The notes under the pieces were generated by a model. It was given only the letters and a program-made list of their open reading frames with translations. It made no database searches and was not told the DNA's origin. 64,000 bases of DNA from assembly GCA_963717505.1 (NCBI GenBank), contig OY970342.1:2720001-2784000 (forward strand). The letters run 5' to 3'. The stretch is from Candidatus Eiseniibacteriota bacterium. GTDB lineage: Bacteria > Eisenbacteria > RBG-16-71-46. Position numbers and translations under genes: made by a program. Below are positions 21,001-30,675 of the stretch, one piece after another. Each line of letters begins with the position of its first letter. Within the stretch, counting starts at the first letter, position 1.

Positions 21001-23799
21001 ACCGCCACCTTCACGATCAATCAGTACACGCTGAGTGTCACCAACGTCGGTGGCGGCACCAACGCCAAGGTCCCGAACCAGGCGACCTACGCCCATGGCA
21101 CCAGCGTCCAGGTGACTGCGACGCCCAACCCGTTCAACCACTTCGTGAGCTGGACCGGGGACACGACCGGAACCACGAATCCGCTGACGCTGATCATGAA
21201 CCGCAATCGCGCGTTCGCGGCCAATTTCGCGATCGACACCTACCCGTTGACCGTGAACGTCACCGGCAGTGGCAGCGTCGCGAAGAACCCGGACCTGCCG
21301 CAGTACAATCACGGCTCGACGCTGCAGTTGACCGCGACCCCGGCGGTGGGCTGGTCGTTCACCGGCTGGACCGGCGACACCACGACCACCACCAACCCGC
21401 TGACCGTCGTGATGAACCGGGCGAAGACCCTGACCGCCACCTTCACGATCAACAGTTATGCCTTGACCGTGAACGTGGTCGGCAACGGCAGCGTCGCCAG
21501 GAATCCGAACCAGCCGACCTACACCCATGGCACCAGTGTCCAGCTGACCGCGACGCCGAACACCGGTTGGAGCTTCACCAACTGGAGCGGCGCCGTCACC
21601 GGAAGCACGAACCCGGTGCAGGTGGTCATGGATGCGCCCAAGACCGTGACCGGCACGTTCGTGATCAACAGCTACTCGATGACGGTGAGCGTGGTGGGCA
21701 GCGGCAGCGTGAGCAAGAGCCCCGATCAGCCGCTCTACGGCCACGGCGCTTCGGTGCAACTGACCGCGAATCCGGCGGTCGGCTTCAGCTTCACCAACTG
21801 GAGTGGGGACACCAGCGGCACCGTGAACCCGTTGCTGGTGGTCATGACTCGCAACCGCACGGTCACCGCGAATTTCGTGATCAACACGTATCCCTTGACG
21901 ATCAACGTGGTCGGGAGCGGCGCCGTCGTCAGGAACCCGAACCAGCCGAACTACAACCACGGGACCAACGTCCTGCTGACCGCGAATCCCGCGGTCGGAT
22001 TCAGCTTCACCGGCTGGACCGGAGATACGACCGCGACCACCAACCCGCTGCCGCTGCCGATGATTGCGCCGCGGACTCTGACCGCGACCTTCACGCTGAA
22101 TGCCTACACGCTCGGCGTGACCGTGGTCGGCAATGGCAGCGTCGCCAAGAACCCGGACCAGCCGACCTACAATCACGGCACCAGCGTGACACTGACCGGG
22201 ACCCCCCAGCAGTTCCACCACTTCGTCTCGTGGAGCGGGGACACCACCACCACCACCAATCCGCTCACGATCATCATGACGCGCAATCGCACGGTCACCG
22301 CGACGTTCGCGATCGATCAATACACGCTGACCGTGAATGCCGGAGCCAACGGCACGGTGACCAAGATCCCGAATCAGCCCCTGTACGATCACGGATCGAC
22401 GGTTCAGCTCGATGCCGTACCCAACACCGGCTTCGAGTTGATCGGCTGGGGCGGGGCCGCGAGCGGGTCCACGGATCCCCTCAGCGTCCTGATGGACGGC
22501 AACAAGACCATCTCGGCGACCTTCGGCTACCGGTTGACGACGACCGTGACCGGCAGCGGCAGCGTGACGCGCAATCCCGATGCGCAGGTCTACCCGCCGT
22601 CCACCGTGGTGCAGCTGACCGCGGTCCCGGTCACGGGCTGGTCGTTCACCAACTGGAGCGGCGGCGTCACCGGAACCGCAAACCCGACTCCGATCACGAT
22701 GGCGGGAGCCCGGACCGTCAACGCCACCTTCACGATCAACAGCTACACACTGACCGTGAACAGCGGCGGCAACGGTACGGTGAGCAGGAATCCGGATCAG
22801 CCGACCTACACGCACGGCACGACCGTACAGGTCACGGCCACGCCATCGACCGGCTACCACCTGCAGAACTGGAGCGGCAGCGCCACCGGCAGCGCGAACC
22901 CGTTGAGCGTGTTGATGGACGGCAACAAGACCATCACCGCCAACTTCGTGATCAACACCTACGACCTGCAGATCAGCATCCTGGGCCCGGGCTCGGTCAA
23001 CGCGACGCCCGACCTGCCGATCTATCCGCACGGAACCGTGGTTCAGCTGCAGACCGTGCCGCTCAGCTCCGGCCACCACTTCGTCGAGTGGACCGGCGCC
23101 GCGGCCAGTTTCGGTTCGCAGCGCAACATTCAGATCACGATGAACGGGCCGCTGAACATCGGCGCCACGTTCACCATCACCGAGAACGTCCCGCCGGTCG
23201 TCCAGGTGCTCAGCCCGAACGGCAGCGAACTGGTGGTCGATGGCCAGACCGCGGTCATCACCTGGATCGCCACCGACAACGTCGGCGTCGTCGCGATCGA
23301 CATCTTCCTGTCGCGCAACGGCCCGGGTGGGCCGTTCGAGCACTTGGCCGGGCCGATGCCCAATGACTACCCGACCTTCGACTGGCACGTGACGCTGCCC
23401 GCGACGACCAACGCGCACATCCGAGTGGTCGGGCGCGATGCGAACGGCTACACCGGCGCCGACCTGAGCGACGCCGCGTTCGAGATCGTGCCGCGGACGG
23501 TCGACGTCACGCCCGAGTTGCCGACCGCCTTCGCGCTGGCGGCGGTCTATCCGAATCCGACGATGTCGCAGGCGCGGGTCACGTTCGACGTGCCGACGGC
23601 GGCGTCGATTCGCATGGCGGTTCTCGACCTCCAAGGGCGCGAGATCGCCGTGCTGGTCGACGGTGTCACGGAGCCCGGTCGACATCAGGTGATCTGGCAC
23701 GCGCGCGGTCGCGAGGGACGCGTTCAGCCGGGCGTCTACTTCCTGAACATGAGGTCGCCGGCCGGTCAGCTCACCCGGCGAATCGTGGTCTCGAACTAG
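15073..23799 (+). CDS. giant secreted surface/adhesin-like protein 2, paralog of 4697-14752
   Basis: GTG at 15073 gives the signal peptide VIRAAIRSLRRPAFVLFAVAALSLLSVTAALA-Q; same NIDO-like / beta-helix / CARDB core; 16 C-terminal InlB-B-type repeats, Ig-like SPNG domain, YPNP...PGVYF C-terminal domain. The ORF-track start at 14698 runs through the terminator and promoter and is unlikely. Confidence 0.85.
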   Translation: MIRAAIRSLRRPAFVLFAVAALSLLSVTAALAQSWTITATSGSNGSITPSGAVVVPNGTDTTFFATPNVGYVVADVLVDGGSVGAVSSYMFTNVTSDHTISASFTVATHSISIAVNGVGTVTRVPDLPLYNYGASVQLTATPGPGHQFVGWSGDLLGSSNPATMIMTGDKSVTATFERMVLGYERLPFNSAYTPISTGTGASTLLVAADDSTRSIALPFDFTFSGLQYTTGNFLAVNANGFAHFSRTAVTTSSTSLSSNANLFNASAPNATLAPWFDDLSVGAVGTNPAGRVLYQVEGSPGSRVLIVQWTDVSSFANATGGQPRRINFQVALKETSNEVEFRYGPITGADHSGFESGSIGIEDSIGGRFLDAVTGSKFTSNGMMTTNKWPSFNLRFLPTIPGTIVGGTYTTGPGGYYTSLSEAVADLNHKGISGPVTIQLVDNIVDSTSAHGSNRFPILLGPVEGSSAINTITIEPASGVATMFHRGTAAGNCGNGISVTAIGTANEPVFGVMSADYVTLRNLAMAGGSLVDRGLLLLPNSATDGAQHNTFDNIAISLDRTNTSSIGVQQILQVTPTAQSGTNSFNSYRGISVTNAYAGISLAGRAPVLDTDCEISGVAGIPTTIGAESVPGDIGGGAIQTFGIRALNQANITIRSCFVRQVTGAGTSVVDGILLENSGSLTASSGLCQIVGNVVYSINSTNPSAGRVSGIRASLTANSTSRSLIYNNFVYDLNSSSASPFPRRIVGIYLQDGGLGAGAVHEVDFNSVRLAPGNTVASNACFEINTATGPVIRARNNVFANFTGTQTTASRHYTWVTPATNSIGPAGSVSERNVLHVNNTVNGFTGLSGTTDRATLGEWQTVANNDFNSLAGNPQFVGPFNLHINTAFPSPVESGGSFFGGDISWVTEDIEGNPRNPTSPDIGADEGNFVPPATNDMAASGIVEPVPGSLMVSGTSFSPRATFENQGSVSQNSIPVRFRIRGPQPATTIVYEQTGVIPSLPIGLSQVVTFPSTSLVAGGNYTLEAIAELATDTNPANNMSTGMFQIVGPLSGDYLVGAGQMAPFNTLTGAVSRLNSVGVAGPVRFLLTDSSYGPLETFPITIATHLGASATNTVTLRPAPGNVVTLTGNNNQALLLLSGADYMVLDGSNQTGGTSRDWTLENLNGEGSAVVWVASTVGGDGATNNIVRNLRVRGTGVGTAAGVGVGGPGIGLASNGAGNLSNRVENVQAERAQVGVYTAGSPGTGKSTGTVVTKNDLDAMAPDQLTRAGVMARYEDGIQITENVIGNLSSTSVDDVIGIAVGLSLVASDVFTGDEVVNATVSRNVIHGVASNSLSEVSAAGIAVARASTGINTIVNNMITGVTSNAYEPSLTVGILVGGGGTTRVWFNSVWMHGDRGDANAASIALAVCDSTSAFNVRDNILANTQTALALSGGKGFAIATVAANAFGNLTSNFNDLYSPTEGNDLAMVGGLDNQDDGDLATLAEWRTKSGRDLQSISSDPIFQSTDDLHINIKSGTASPVANIGQAISGVSNDFDGEPGNRTTTPDIGADEFATFNLITNVVGPGTIVRNPNATNYESGTNVQITAVPAVGHSFTGWSGAVTGMTNPTTVLMNAHKTVTATFVINTYTLSVNAGPNGTVAKTPNQATYTHGTAVQVSATPIPTFRLAGWSGDTTGTANPFTVIMNGNKTYTATFELDAFPINVTIVGGGTVTKTPNQTNYPNGTPVQVVATAATGFDFTGWTGDTTTTEDTLSLVMTRTRNLTATFTIRTYTVSVSAGPNGTVSKAPDQPLYDYGTNLVLTANPSVGYHLVSWGGDTTSTANPLTVIVTRNRTISATFAINQYTLNVTTLGPGAVVKAPNQPNYDHGISVNLTATPNTGFHFVGWGGDTTGTTNPLAVVMTRNRTMSATFGYQLNTAVVGTGSVTRNPNQQNYAPGTAVSLTAVPGAGYSFTGWSGDTTTTVNPLNLQMTRNRSFTATFTINQYTLSVTNVGGGTNAKVPNQATYAHGTSVQVTATPNPFNHFVSWTGDTTGTTNPLTLIMNRNRAFAANFAIDTYPLTVNVTGSGSVAKNPDLPQYNHGSTLQLTATPAVGWSFTGWTGDTTTTTNPLTVVMNRAKTLTATFTINSYALTVNVVGNGSVARNPNQPTYTHGTSVQLTATPNTGWSFTNWSGAVTGSTNPVQVVMDAPKTVTGTFVINSYSMTVSVVGSGSVSKSPDQPLYGHGASVQLTANPAVGFSFTNWSGDTSGTVNPLLVVMTRNRTVTANFVINTYPLTINVVGSGAVVRNPNQPNYNHGTNVLLTANPAVGFSFTGWTGDTTATTNPLPLPMIAPRTLTATFTLNAYTLGVTVVGNGSVAKNPDQPTYNHGTSVTLTGTPQQFHHFVSWSGDTTTTTNPLTIIMTRNRTVTATFAIDQYTLTVNAGANGTVTKIPNQPLYDHGSTVQLDAVPNTGFELIGWGGAASGSTDPLSVLMDGNKTISATFGYRLTTTVTGSGSVTRNPDAQVYPPSTVVQLTAVPVTGWSFTNWSGGVTGTANPTPITMAGARTVNATFTINSYTLTVNSGGNGTVSRNPDQPTYTHGTTVQVTATPSTGYHLQNWSGSATGSANPLSVLMDGNKTITANFVINTYDLQISILGPGSVNATPDLPIYPHGTVVQLQTVPLSSGHHFVEWTGAAASFGSQRNIQITMNGPLNIGATFTITENVPPVVQVLSPNGSELVVDGQTAVITWIATDNVGVVAIDIFLSRNGPGGPFEHLAGPMPNDYPTFDWHVTLPATTNAHIRVVGRDANGYTGADLSDAAFEIVPRTVDVTPELPTAFALAAVYPNPTMSQARVTFDVPTAASIRMAVLDLQGREIAVLVDGVTEPGRHQVIWHARGREGRVQPGVYFLNMRSPAGQLTRRIVVSN
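19730..23180 (+). repeat. tandem array of 16 InlB-B-type repeats
   Basis: Counted from the translation, from ATFNLITNVVGPG to ...LNIGATF. Confidence 0.85.
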
Positions 23800-23823
23800 T
23801 CGGCCCGAGAGAAGACGAACGCC

Positions 23824-24636
23824 TTAGAACCGGCCCCGGAGTCGCTCCGGGGCCGGTAGGTTTTCCAGGCAGGTCGTCCACCAACCGGTGCGAATCGTGG
23901 CGACGAATTCCTCCGGCAGCCGCTCGGTCTCCATCTCGCGGGCCAGGGCCTCGTGGTCGTAGGCGACGCGCCGGAAGGTCACGGCCACGTCGCGGCCCAG
24001 GTCGATCTCGGCACAAACGACCTCCGGTCGGCCATCGTTGGCCGGCCGGCCGATCGTGCCGACGTTGATCACGTGGCGACCCGACGGCAACGACCGGTGC
24101 CAGGGCAGGCCGGTGTGGGTGCACAGGACGACGTCGGCGGCGGCGTGTTCGCACAGCCATTCGAGGAATGCGTCCGAGCAGGTCGATTCCCACAGGAACT
24201 CGTTCACCCGGCGCGGTGATCCGTGGCACAGGAGCAACCGGCGTCCCGCGACCTCGAGGCGCGCCTGCTCGGGCAACCCGAGCAGCCAGGGCCGATGTCG
24301 CGCCGAGGTTCGCGCCCGCGTGTAGTCGTAGGAGATCTGCGCGAAGCGCCGATCGCGGGGGTCGGCGTAGCCGCAGGCGCAATCGTCGCGACCGCTGCCA
24401 ATCGCTTCGTCGTAGTTGCCGCGTACGATGGGGATCGACTCGGCGCGCAAGCGTTCGAGGACGCGATCCGGGTGTGGGCCGAACCCGCCCAGGTCGCCCA
24501 GGCACCAGATCCGGTCGGCGCCGCAGCCGCGCAGGTCGGCGAGCACGGCGTCGAGAGCCAGGTGGTTGCTGTAGACCCCGCCGAACGCCGCGAGTCGAAC
24601 CGGGCTGGCCCCGGCGCCGTTCACGCGTTGCTGCAT
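23824..24636 (-). CDS. calcineurin-like metallophosphoesterase family protein with atypical motifs
   Basis: MQQRVNG...FGGVYSN, CLGDLGGFGP, RGNYD, CACGY, HGSPRRVNEFL, THTG, INVGTIGRPANDG. Confidence 0.8.
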   Translation of the reverse strand: MQQRVNGAGASPVRLAAFGGVYSNHLALDAVLADLRGCGADRIWCLGDLGGFGPHPDRVLERLRAESIPIVRGNYDEAIGSGRDDCACGYADPRDRRFAQISYDYTRARTSARHRPWLLGLPEQARLEVAGRRLLLCHGSPRRVNEFLWESTCSDAFLEWLCEHAAADVVLCTHTGLPWHRSLPSGRHVINVGTIGRPANDGRPEVVCAEIDLGRDVAVTFRRVAYDHEALAREMETERLPEEFVATIRTGWWTTCLENLPAPERLRGRF

Positions 24637-25520
24637 GTCGACCCCGTCACCCAGCAGGTCAGGCACGCGCCGTGGCGCAACGGGAACGGTCCGAGCGCCT
24701 CCTCGAGGCGTGCGCCGAGGCGCGCCGCCGGCTCGTCGACCAGAAGCGGGCAGACGAACACGCCGCGGCTGGTGACCGCCCGGCACGATGCGCACGGCAG
24801 CCGTGTCGTGTCGAAGTCCGAAGGCGCCAGGTCCGCGAGCGTTTCGTCGGGGCCGTAGCCGCCACCGCGCTCGATCTCGCGTCCGAGACGGAACAGGGGC
24901 AGGACCTTGATGCGCGGGCGCGACAATCCGGCGGCGCGCAGCCGCTTCGCATGGAGCTCGCGAAACGCCAGGGGATCGCCCGGCTCGTGCTGGGTGAGCG
25001 TGAGGATCGGCAGCAGGCCGGCACGCTCCAGTCGCAGGAGCCCGGACATCGTCCGGGCGAACGCGCCGGGGCCGCGCACGGCATCGTGCGATTCGGGGGT
25101 CGAGCCGTCGAGGCTGACGCGAATCTCGAGCGCGTATCGCGAGCCGTCGCTGAGCCGGCGCAAGGCCGCCGCTCGTCCCGCGGTGAACAGCGTGCCGTTG
25201 GTCAGAACCGTGGTCGGGGCCACGGCCAGGGTGTCGGCGATCAGGGTCATCATCTCGGGATGGACGAATGGCTCGCCGCCGGTGAAGTAGAACTCGCGGA
25301 TGCCGAGGGCCAGGCCGTCGGCGACGTGCGCGGCCACGGTCTCGAGGTCGAGCAGGTCGTGACGGCGGATGCCCGGTCCGGAGGGAACGAAACAATGCGT
25401 GCACGACAGGTTGCACAGCGTTCCCGCGACCTGGATCCAGAGGGCATCCAGATGCAGGAGCGGCTGTACCGGCCACCGATCATCGGTGGCGGGGTCCGTG
25501 CGTATCGGCGAGCGTTGCAT
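24621..25520 (-). CDS. radical SAM protein with Cys-rich C-terminus
   Basis: CNLSCTHC (CxxxCxxC), FTGGEPF, LTNGT, VSLDG; C-terminal CASC...CPLL...CLTC...C. Confidence 0.9.
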   Translation of the reverse strand: MQRSPIRTDPATDDRWPVQPLLHLDALWIQVAGTLCNLSCTHCFVPSGPGIRRHDLLDLETVAAHVADGLALGIREFYFTGGEPFVHPEMMTLIADTLAVAPTTVLTNGTLFTAGRAAALRRLSDGSRYALEIRVSLDGSTPESHDAVRGPGAFARTMSGLLRLERAGLLPILTLTQHEPGDPLAFRELHAKRLRAAGLSRPRIKVLPLFRLGREIERGGGYGPDETLADLAPSDFDTTRLPCASCRAVTSRGVFVCPLLVDEPAARLGARLEEALGPFPLRHGACLTCWVTGSTCSNA

Positions 25521-25594
25521 GGAACCTCGTACCCGGGGGCCCGCCCACCCGATTCGGGCGCCCCGCATCGACCGTGCACGATGCAGCGGACCGG

Positions 25595-25624
25595 TTGACG
25601 CCGCGTCGAGCGAGTCCCTAATCT
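25595..25624 (+). promoter_or_regulatory. putative sigma70 promoter of the mrp-iscS-pdx-ccm operon
   Basis: TTGACG - 18 nt - TAATCT in the divergent intergenic region. Confidence 0.5.
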
Positions 25625-25749
25625 AACGTGTTCGACACCACCGACGAAGGTCGGTGCGTCCGCCCACCGGCGCACGACGTCCGGGCCGCATGCCGAGAAA
25701 CGAGTCTCGTTGCCCGCCGTGACGGTCGGGCCGAGGGGGAGCCAGCGCG

Positions 25750-26820
25750 ATGTCCGACGTACGGAACGACGCCGTGTGGGACGCATTGCGCAAGGTCCAG
25801 GACCCGGACCTCAAGCGCGACCTGGTCACGCTCGGCATGATCGAGGACCTCGCGGTCGCGGGGGGTCGCGTGTCGTTCACGCTGGTGCTCACCACCGCGG
25901 CCTGCCCGCTCAAGGACGAGATCGAGGCGGAGTGCCGCGCCGCGGTGCAGCGCAGTGCCCGGGGTCCAGCGAGGTCGACGATCCGCACGACCTCGCGGGT
26001 GCGCAAGCCCAAGGACCCGACCGCCGACCGCAAGGCGCTGCGACGGAGTCGCGCACGTGATCGCGATCGGCAGCGGCAAGGGTGGGGTCGGCAAGTCCAC
26101 GGTCTCGGCGAATCTCGCAGCGTCGCTGGCCGCGACGCGGAGCCCGCGTCGGCCTGCTCGACGGCGACATCTACGGCCCCAACCTGCCGCGCATGCTCGG
26201 CGTGCGGCGCCAGCCGCTCGCAGCGCGAGGGCAAGATCATGCCGGTCGAGGCCTGGGGGCTGCGCTTCATGTCGATGGGTCTGCTGGTCGACCAGGGCGA
26301 GGCCGTGGTCTGGCGCGGACCCATGCTCCACGGCGCGATCAAGAGCTTCCTCCACGACGTCGACTGGGGCGAGCTCGACTACCTGCTGGTCGACCTGCCG
26401 CCCGGGACCGGCGACGTCCAGCTGTCGCTGATCCAGCAGACGTACGTCGGCGGGCGCGGTGGTGGTGACCACGCCGTCGACGGTCGCGATCGAGGACGCG
26501 GTCAAGGCGGTCTCGATGTTCGGCAAGCTCGAGGTGCCGGTGCTCGGGCGTGATCGAGAACATGAGCTACTTCGTGTGCCCGAACTGCTCACACGCGCCA
26601 CGACGATCTTCGCCTCCGGCGACCCGGAGACGCGCGAGCGCTAGCGCTGGGGCTTCCGTTCCTGGGGGCGATCCCGCTTCATCCGGACGTGCGCGACGGC
26701 GGCGATCACGGCCGCCCGGTCGTGCTCGAGCAGCCGGACAGCGGACTACTCGCGCGCGCTGCGCGCGCATCGCGGGACACCTCGCGCAGCGGGTCTCGAT
26801 CCAGACGCTGGGAGCGCCGG
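25750..26820 (+). CDS. mrp: Mrp/NBP35 (ApbC) Fe-S cluster carrier ATPase, multiple frameshifts
   Basis: [12 protein letters not shown]...[47 protein letters not shown] spread over several frames; end approximate. Confidence 0.85.
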
Positions 26821-28031
26821 AGACGCGACAGCGAGATCTACGCCGACCACGCCGCCACCACGCGCGCTCGGCGCCCGAGGTGGTCGCGGCCATGCGCCGT
26901 ATCTTCGGGCCGAGGCGTTTCGGCAACGCCTCGTCGGTCCACCGCCGCGGCGAGGCGGCCCGCGATGCGCGTGGACCGCGCGCGCGCGGCGGTCGCCGAC
27001 CTGGTCGGCGCCACACCCGAGGAGATCGTGTTCACCGCGAGCGGCTCGGAGTCCAACAACCTGGCGCTCAAGGGACTGCTGGCGGGCGCCGTCGAAGGCC
27101 GGCGCCGGCTCGTGGTCTCCGCGATCGAGCACCCCTCGGTGCTCGAGACCGCGCGTCATCTCGAGGGCCGCGGCGTGCCGGTGACCGTGGTGCCGGTCGA
27201 CGAGCGCGGCCTGGTCGACCGACGTGCGTTGCGCCGAAGCCCTGGGCCCGGACGTGGCGCTGCTCTCGGTGATGTGGGTCAACAACGAGATCGGGACGAT
27301 CCAGCCGATCGCGCGAGCTCGCGGAGCGCGCGCACGCGTGCGGCGCCCGCGTTCCACTGCGACGCGGTGCAGGCGGCGGGCAAGCTGCCGATCGACGTCG
27401 ACGCGCTCGGGCGTCGATCTGTTGAGCCTCGCCGGGCACAAGTTCCACGGGCCGCCCGGGGCGGCCGCGCTGTTCGTGCGCCGGCGCACGCGGCTGGTGC
27501 CGCTGGTGCACGGCGGCCACCAGGAGCGCGGCGCGCCGCGCCGGCACCGAGAACCTGCCGGCGATCGTCGGGCTGGGCGTCGCCGCCGCGCGGGCGCAGA
27601 ACGCGCTGGCGGATGGCGTGGCCGCGAGCGCTCGGCACGCGCTGGGCGAGCGGCTGCTCGCCGGCCTGCTCGCGGCGCGTGCCCGGATCGCGGCTCAACG
27701 GCGACCGCGACCTGCGGGTCCGCTCGATCGTCAACCTGTTGGTGCCAGGCGTCGACGGCGAGGCCGTGCTGCACGAGCTCGACCACGCGGGCATCACGGT
27801 CTCGACCGGATCGGCGTGCGCGGCGGCGAGCCCGGGACCGTCGCACGTGCTGATGGCGCTGGGACTGCACGCCCGAGGAGGCGCACGCCAGCGTGCGATT
27901 CTCGCTGGGTGACGGACAACGACGACGACGACGTGCAAATCATCGTGCGCGAAACCCCGGCCGCGGTCGATCGAGTGCGGTCACTCGCCGGCGCGCCGCC
28001 CGGGAGGCGCGCGGCCACAGGAACGCCGTGA
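26820..28031 (+). CDS. iscS: cysteine desulfurase (IscS/NifS family), multiple frameshifts
   Basis: [61 protein letters not shown]; boundaries approximate. Confidence 0.85.
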
Positions 28032-28070
28032 CGGCCGGGAACGGACCGGCCGCGAGAAGGAGGTAAACTC

Positions 28071-28988
28071 GTGAATCAGCAGGATCAGTTCCGGCTCAAG
28101 GTCGGACTCGCCGAGATGCTCAAGGGCGGCGTGATCATGGACGTGATGACCGCCGACCAGGCCCGGATCGCCGAGGAAGCCGGCGCCTCCGCGGTGATGG
28201 CGCTCGAGCGGATTCCGGCGCGCATCCGTCGCGACGGCGGCGTGGCGCGCATGTCGGACCCGCGGCTGATCAAGGAGATCGAGTCCGCGGTCTCGATCCC
28301 GGTGATGGCCAAGTGCCGGATCGGACACATCGCCGAGGCCCAGATCCTCGAGGCGCTCGAGCGTCGACTTCGTCGACGAGAGCGAGGTGCTGACCCCGGC
28401 CGACGAGGAGCACCACATCGACAAGCACGCACTTCAAGGTGCCGTTCGTGTGCGGCTGCCGCGATCTGGGCGAGGCGCTGCGCCGGATCGGCGAGGGCGC
28501 GGCGATGATCCGCACCAAGGGCGAGGCCGGAACCGGCAACGTGGTCGAGGCCGTGCGCCACATGCGCTCGGTGATGCGCGACATCCGCGTGCTGGCGACG
28601 CTGCCGCGAGGACGAGCTGATGGCCGAGGCCAAGCGCCTGGCGGCGCCCTACGAGCTGGTGCGCCAGGTGGCGCGCACCGGCAAGCTGCCGGTGCCGAAC
28701 TTCGCCGCCGGCGGCGTCGCAACCCCGGCCGACGCGGCGCTGATGATGAGCTCGGCGCCGAGGCGGTGTTCGTCGGCTCCGGCATCTTCGAGGTCGGACA
28801 GGATCTCAAACCGGACGAGGCGCGGCGCAACCAGCGGCGCATGGCGCGAGGCCATCGTCAAGGCCGTCACCAACTACAACCGACCCGACGTGCTCGCCGA
28901 GTCGAGCGAGGGGCTGCCGCAGGCGATGCGCGGCCTGTCGATGGAAGCGATCCCGGGCGAGCAGCAGCTCGCGAAGCGCGGCTGGTGA
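28071..28988 (+). CDS. pdxS: pyridoxal 5'-phosphate synthase lyase subunit, frameshifted
   Basis: [58 protein letters not shown], ends RGW. Confidence 0.95.
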
Positions 28989-28994
28989 CGTGGC

Positions 28995-29640
28995 ATGCCG
29001 CGCGTCGGTGTGCTGAGCCTGCAGGGCGACTTCGCCCGCCACGCGCGCGACGCTCGAAGCGCTCGGTGTCGACGCCGGTGCGCGTGACGCTGCCCGCGCG
29101 ACCTCGAGGGGCTCGACGCACTGGTGCTGCCCGGCGGCGAGTCGACGACCATGCTGCGCCTGCTCGAGGCCACCGGGCTGCGCGCACCGCTCGAGCGATT
29201 CGTGCGCGAGCGGCCGGTGCTCGGCACCTGCGCGGGCGTGATCCTGCTCGCACGCGCGGCCGACCGGCTGCCGGCGCCGCCGCTCGGCGTGCTCGACGTC
29301 ACGGTCGAGCGCAACGCGTACGGTCGCCAGATCGACTCGTTCGTCGCCGACGTCGAAGTGGCACCCGCTGGGCCGCGCGTTCCCGGGCGTGTTCATCCGC
29401 GCCCCGCGCATCCGCGCGTCGGTGCTGGGGTCGAGGTGTTCGCGCGCCGCCGCGACCCGGAGGGACGAACCGAGCCGGTCGGGGTGCGCTCGGGGCGCGT
29501 CGTCGGACTCTGCTTCCATCCCGAGCTGACCCGCGACCTGCGCTCCACGCTGGTTCCTGACCGAGGTCGCCGGACTGCCGGTGCCCGGCGACGAGCGCGC
29601 GTCGATCCGATCGGCGGCTTCCGCCGAGGCGACTCGGTGA
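28995..29640 (+). CDS. pdxT: PLP synthase glutaminase subunit, frameshifted
   Basis: [39 protein letters not shown]. Confidence 0.93.
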
Positions 29641-30675
29641 AGCCCGCGTCTCCCCAGCGCGCCGCGTTCCACGAGTTCGTCGCCCGACATCGCCGCTTCC
29701 TGCTTCACCACGCACATGAACCCGACGGCGACGGCCTCGGCAGCGAGGTCGCGCATGGCGCTGTGGCTGCGCAGTCGCGCGGCAAGCACCGTGCGCATGC
29801 TCAACGACTCGGTCGCTGCCGCGCGCGTTCGCGTTCCTCGGCCGACCATCAGCCGATCGAGGCGTTCGAGCCGGAGCTGGCGGAGCGGCGCTTCGACGAG
29901 GCCGACGCGCTGATCGTGCTCGACACCAGCAACCGCCAGCGCATCGGCCGGCTGTCGGCCGCTGCTCGATCGCCACATCATGCCGATCGCGGTCGTCGAC
30001 CATCACGTGCTCGCACGCCCAGGGCTTCGGCCAGGTCAACGTCATCGAGCCCGAGGCCTCGGCCACCGGCGAGATCGTCTACGACCTGATCCGCGAGGCC
30101 GGCGACGCCGATCACGCCCGATCATGGCCGAGGCGCTGTACGTCGCGCTGATGACCGACACCGGCTCGTTCCGCTACTCGAACACCGACAGCCACGCCCA
30201 TCGCATGGCGGCCGAGCTGCTGGCGCACGGGCTCGATCCGCAGCGGCTGCACGCCCAGGTGCACTCGCACGCCACCGCCGGCCGGCTGCGCTTCTTCGGC
30301 GAGGTGCTGAGCGCGCTCGAGATGCGCGACGAGGGTCGCTGGTGGTGCTCGAGGCGTCGCCCGAGCAGTTCGCCGCGCCACGGCGCTCGTCGGGCGCCGA
30401 CACCGAGGGGCTGGTCGACATGCCGCGCACCATCGCCGGCGTCGAGGTGGTCGTGCTGTTCTCCGAGGTCGAGCCGGGCAAGGTCAAGGTGAGCCTGCGC
30501 TCGACCGGACGGGTCACGATCGATCGCGTGGCGCGCCAGCTGGGCGGCGGCGGACACCCGCACGCGGCCGGCGTCCATGCTGCGCGGCGCGCGCGCCGAG
30601 GTGCGCGCGCGCGTTCTCGGCGAGCTGTCGCGACTGGTGACGGCTCCGGCCCCCAGTCCGGCGCCCGTGCGATGA
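29637..30675 (+). CDS. DHH/DHHA1 phosphoesterase (NrnA-type oligoribonuclease / pAp phosphatase), frameshifted
   Basis: PDGDGLGSE, LDTS, VDHH, TDTGSFRYSNT, KVSLRS, GGGGHPHAAG. Confidence 0.88.

Noticed and set aside
11985-23180. repeat arrays as CRISPR or DGR template/variable repeats
   Set aside because: The repeats are in-frame, degenerate ~71-aa protein domains with no spacers, and no cas or reverse transcriptase gene is in the window.
18286-23700. 1804-aa minus-strand ORF, and similar antisense ORFs over the giant genes, sulfatase and oxidase
   Set aside because: Shadow frames of high-GC3 coding sequence; Arg/Gly/His-rich with no motifs.
23824-25520. selenocysteine recoding in the radical SAM/phosphoesterase pair
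   Set aside because: Both ORFs are open with Cys codons; no in-frame TGA was found.
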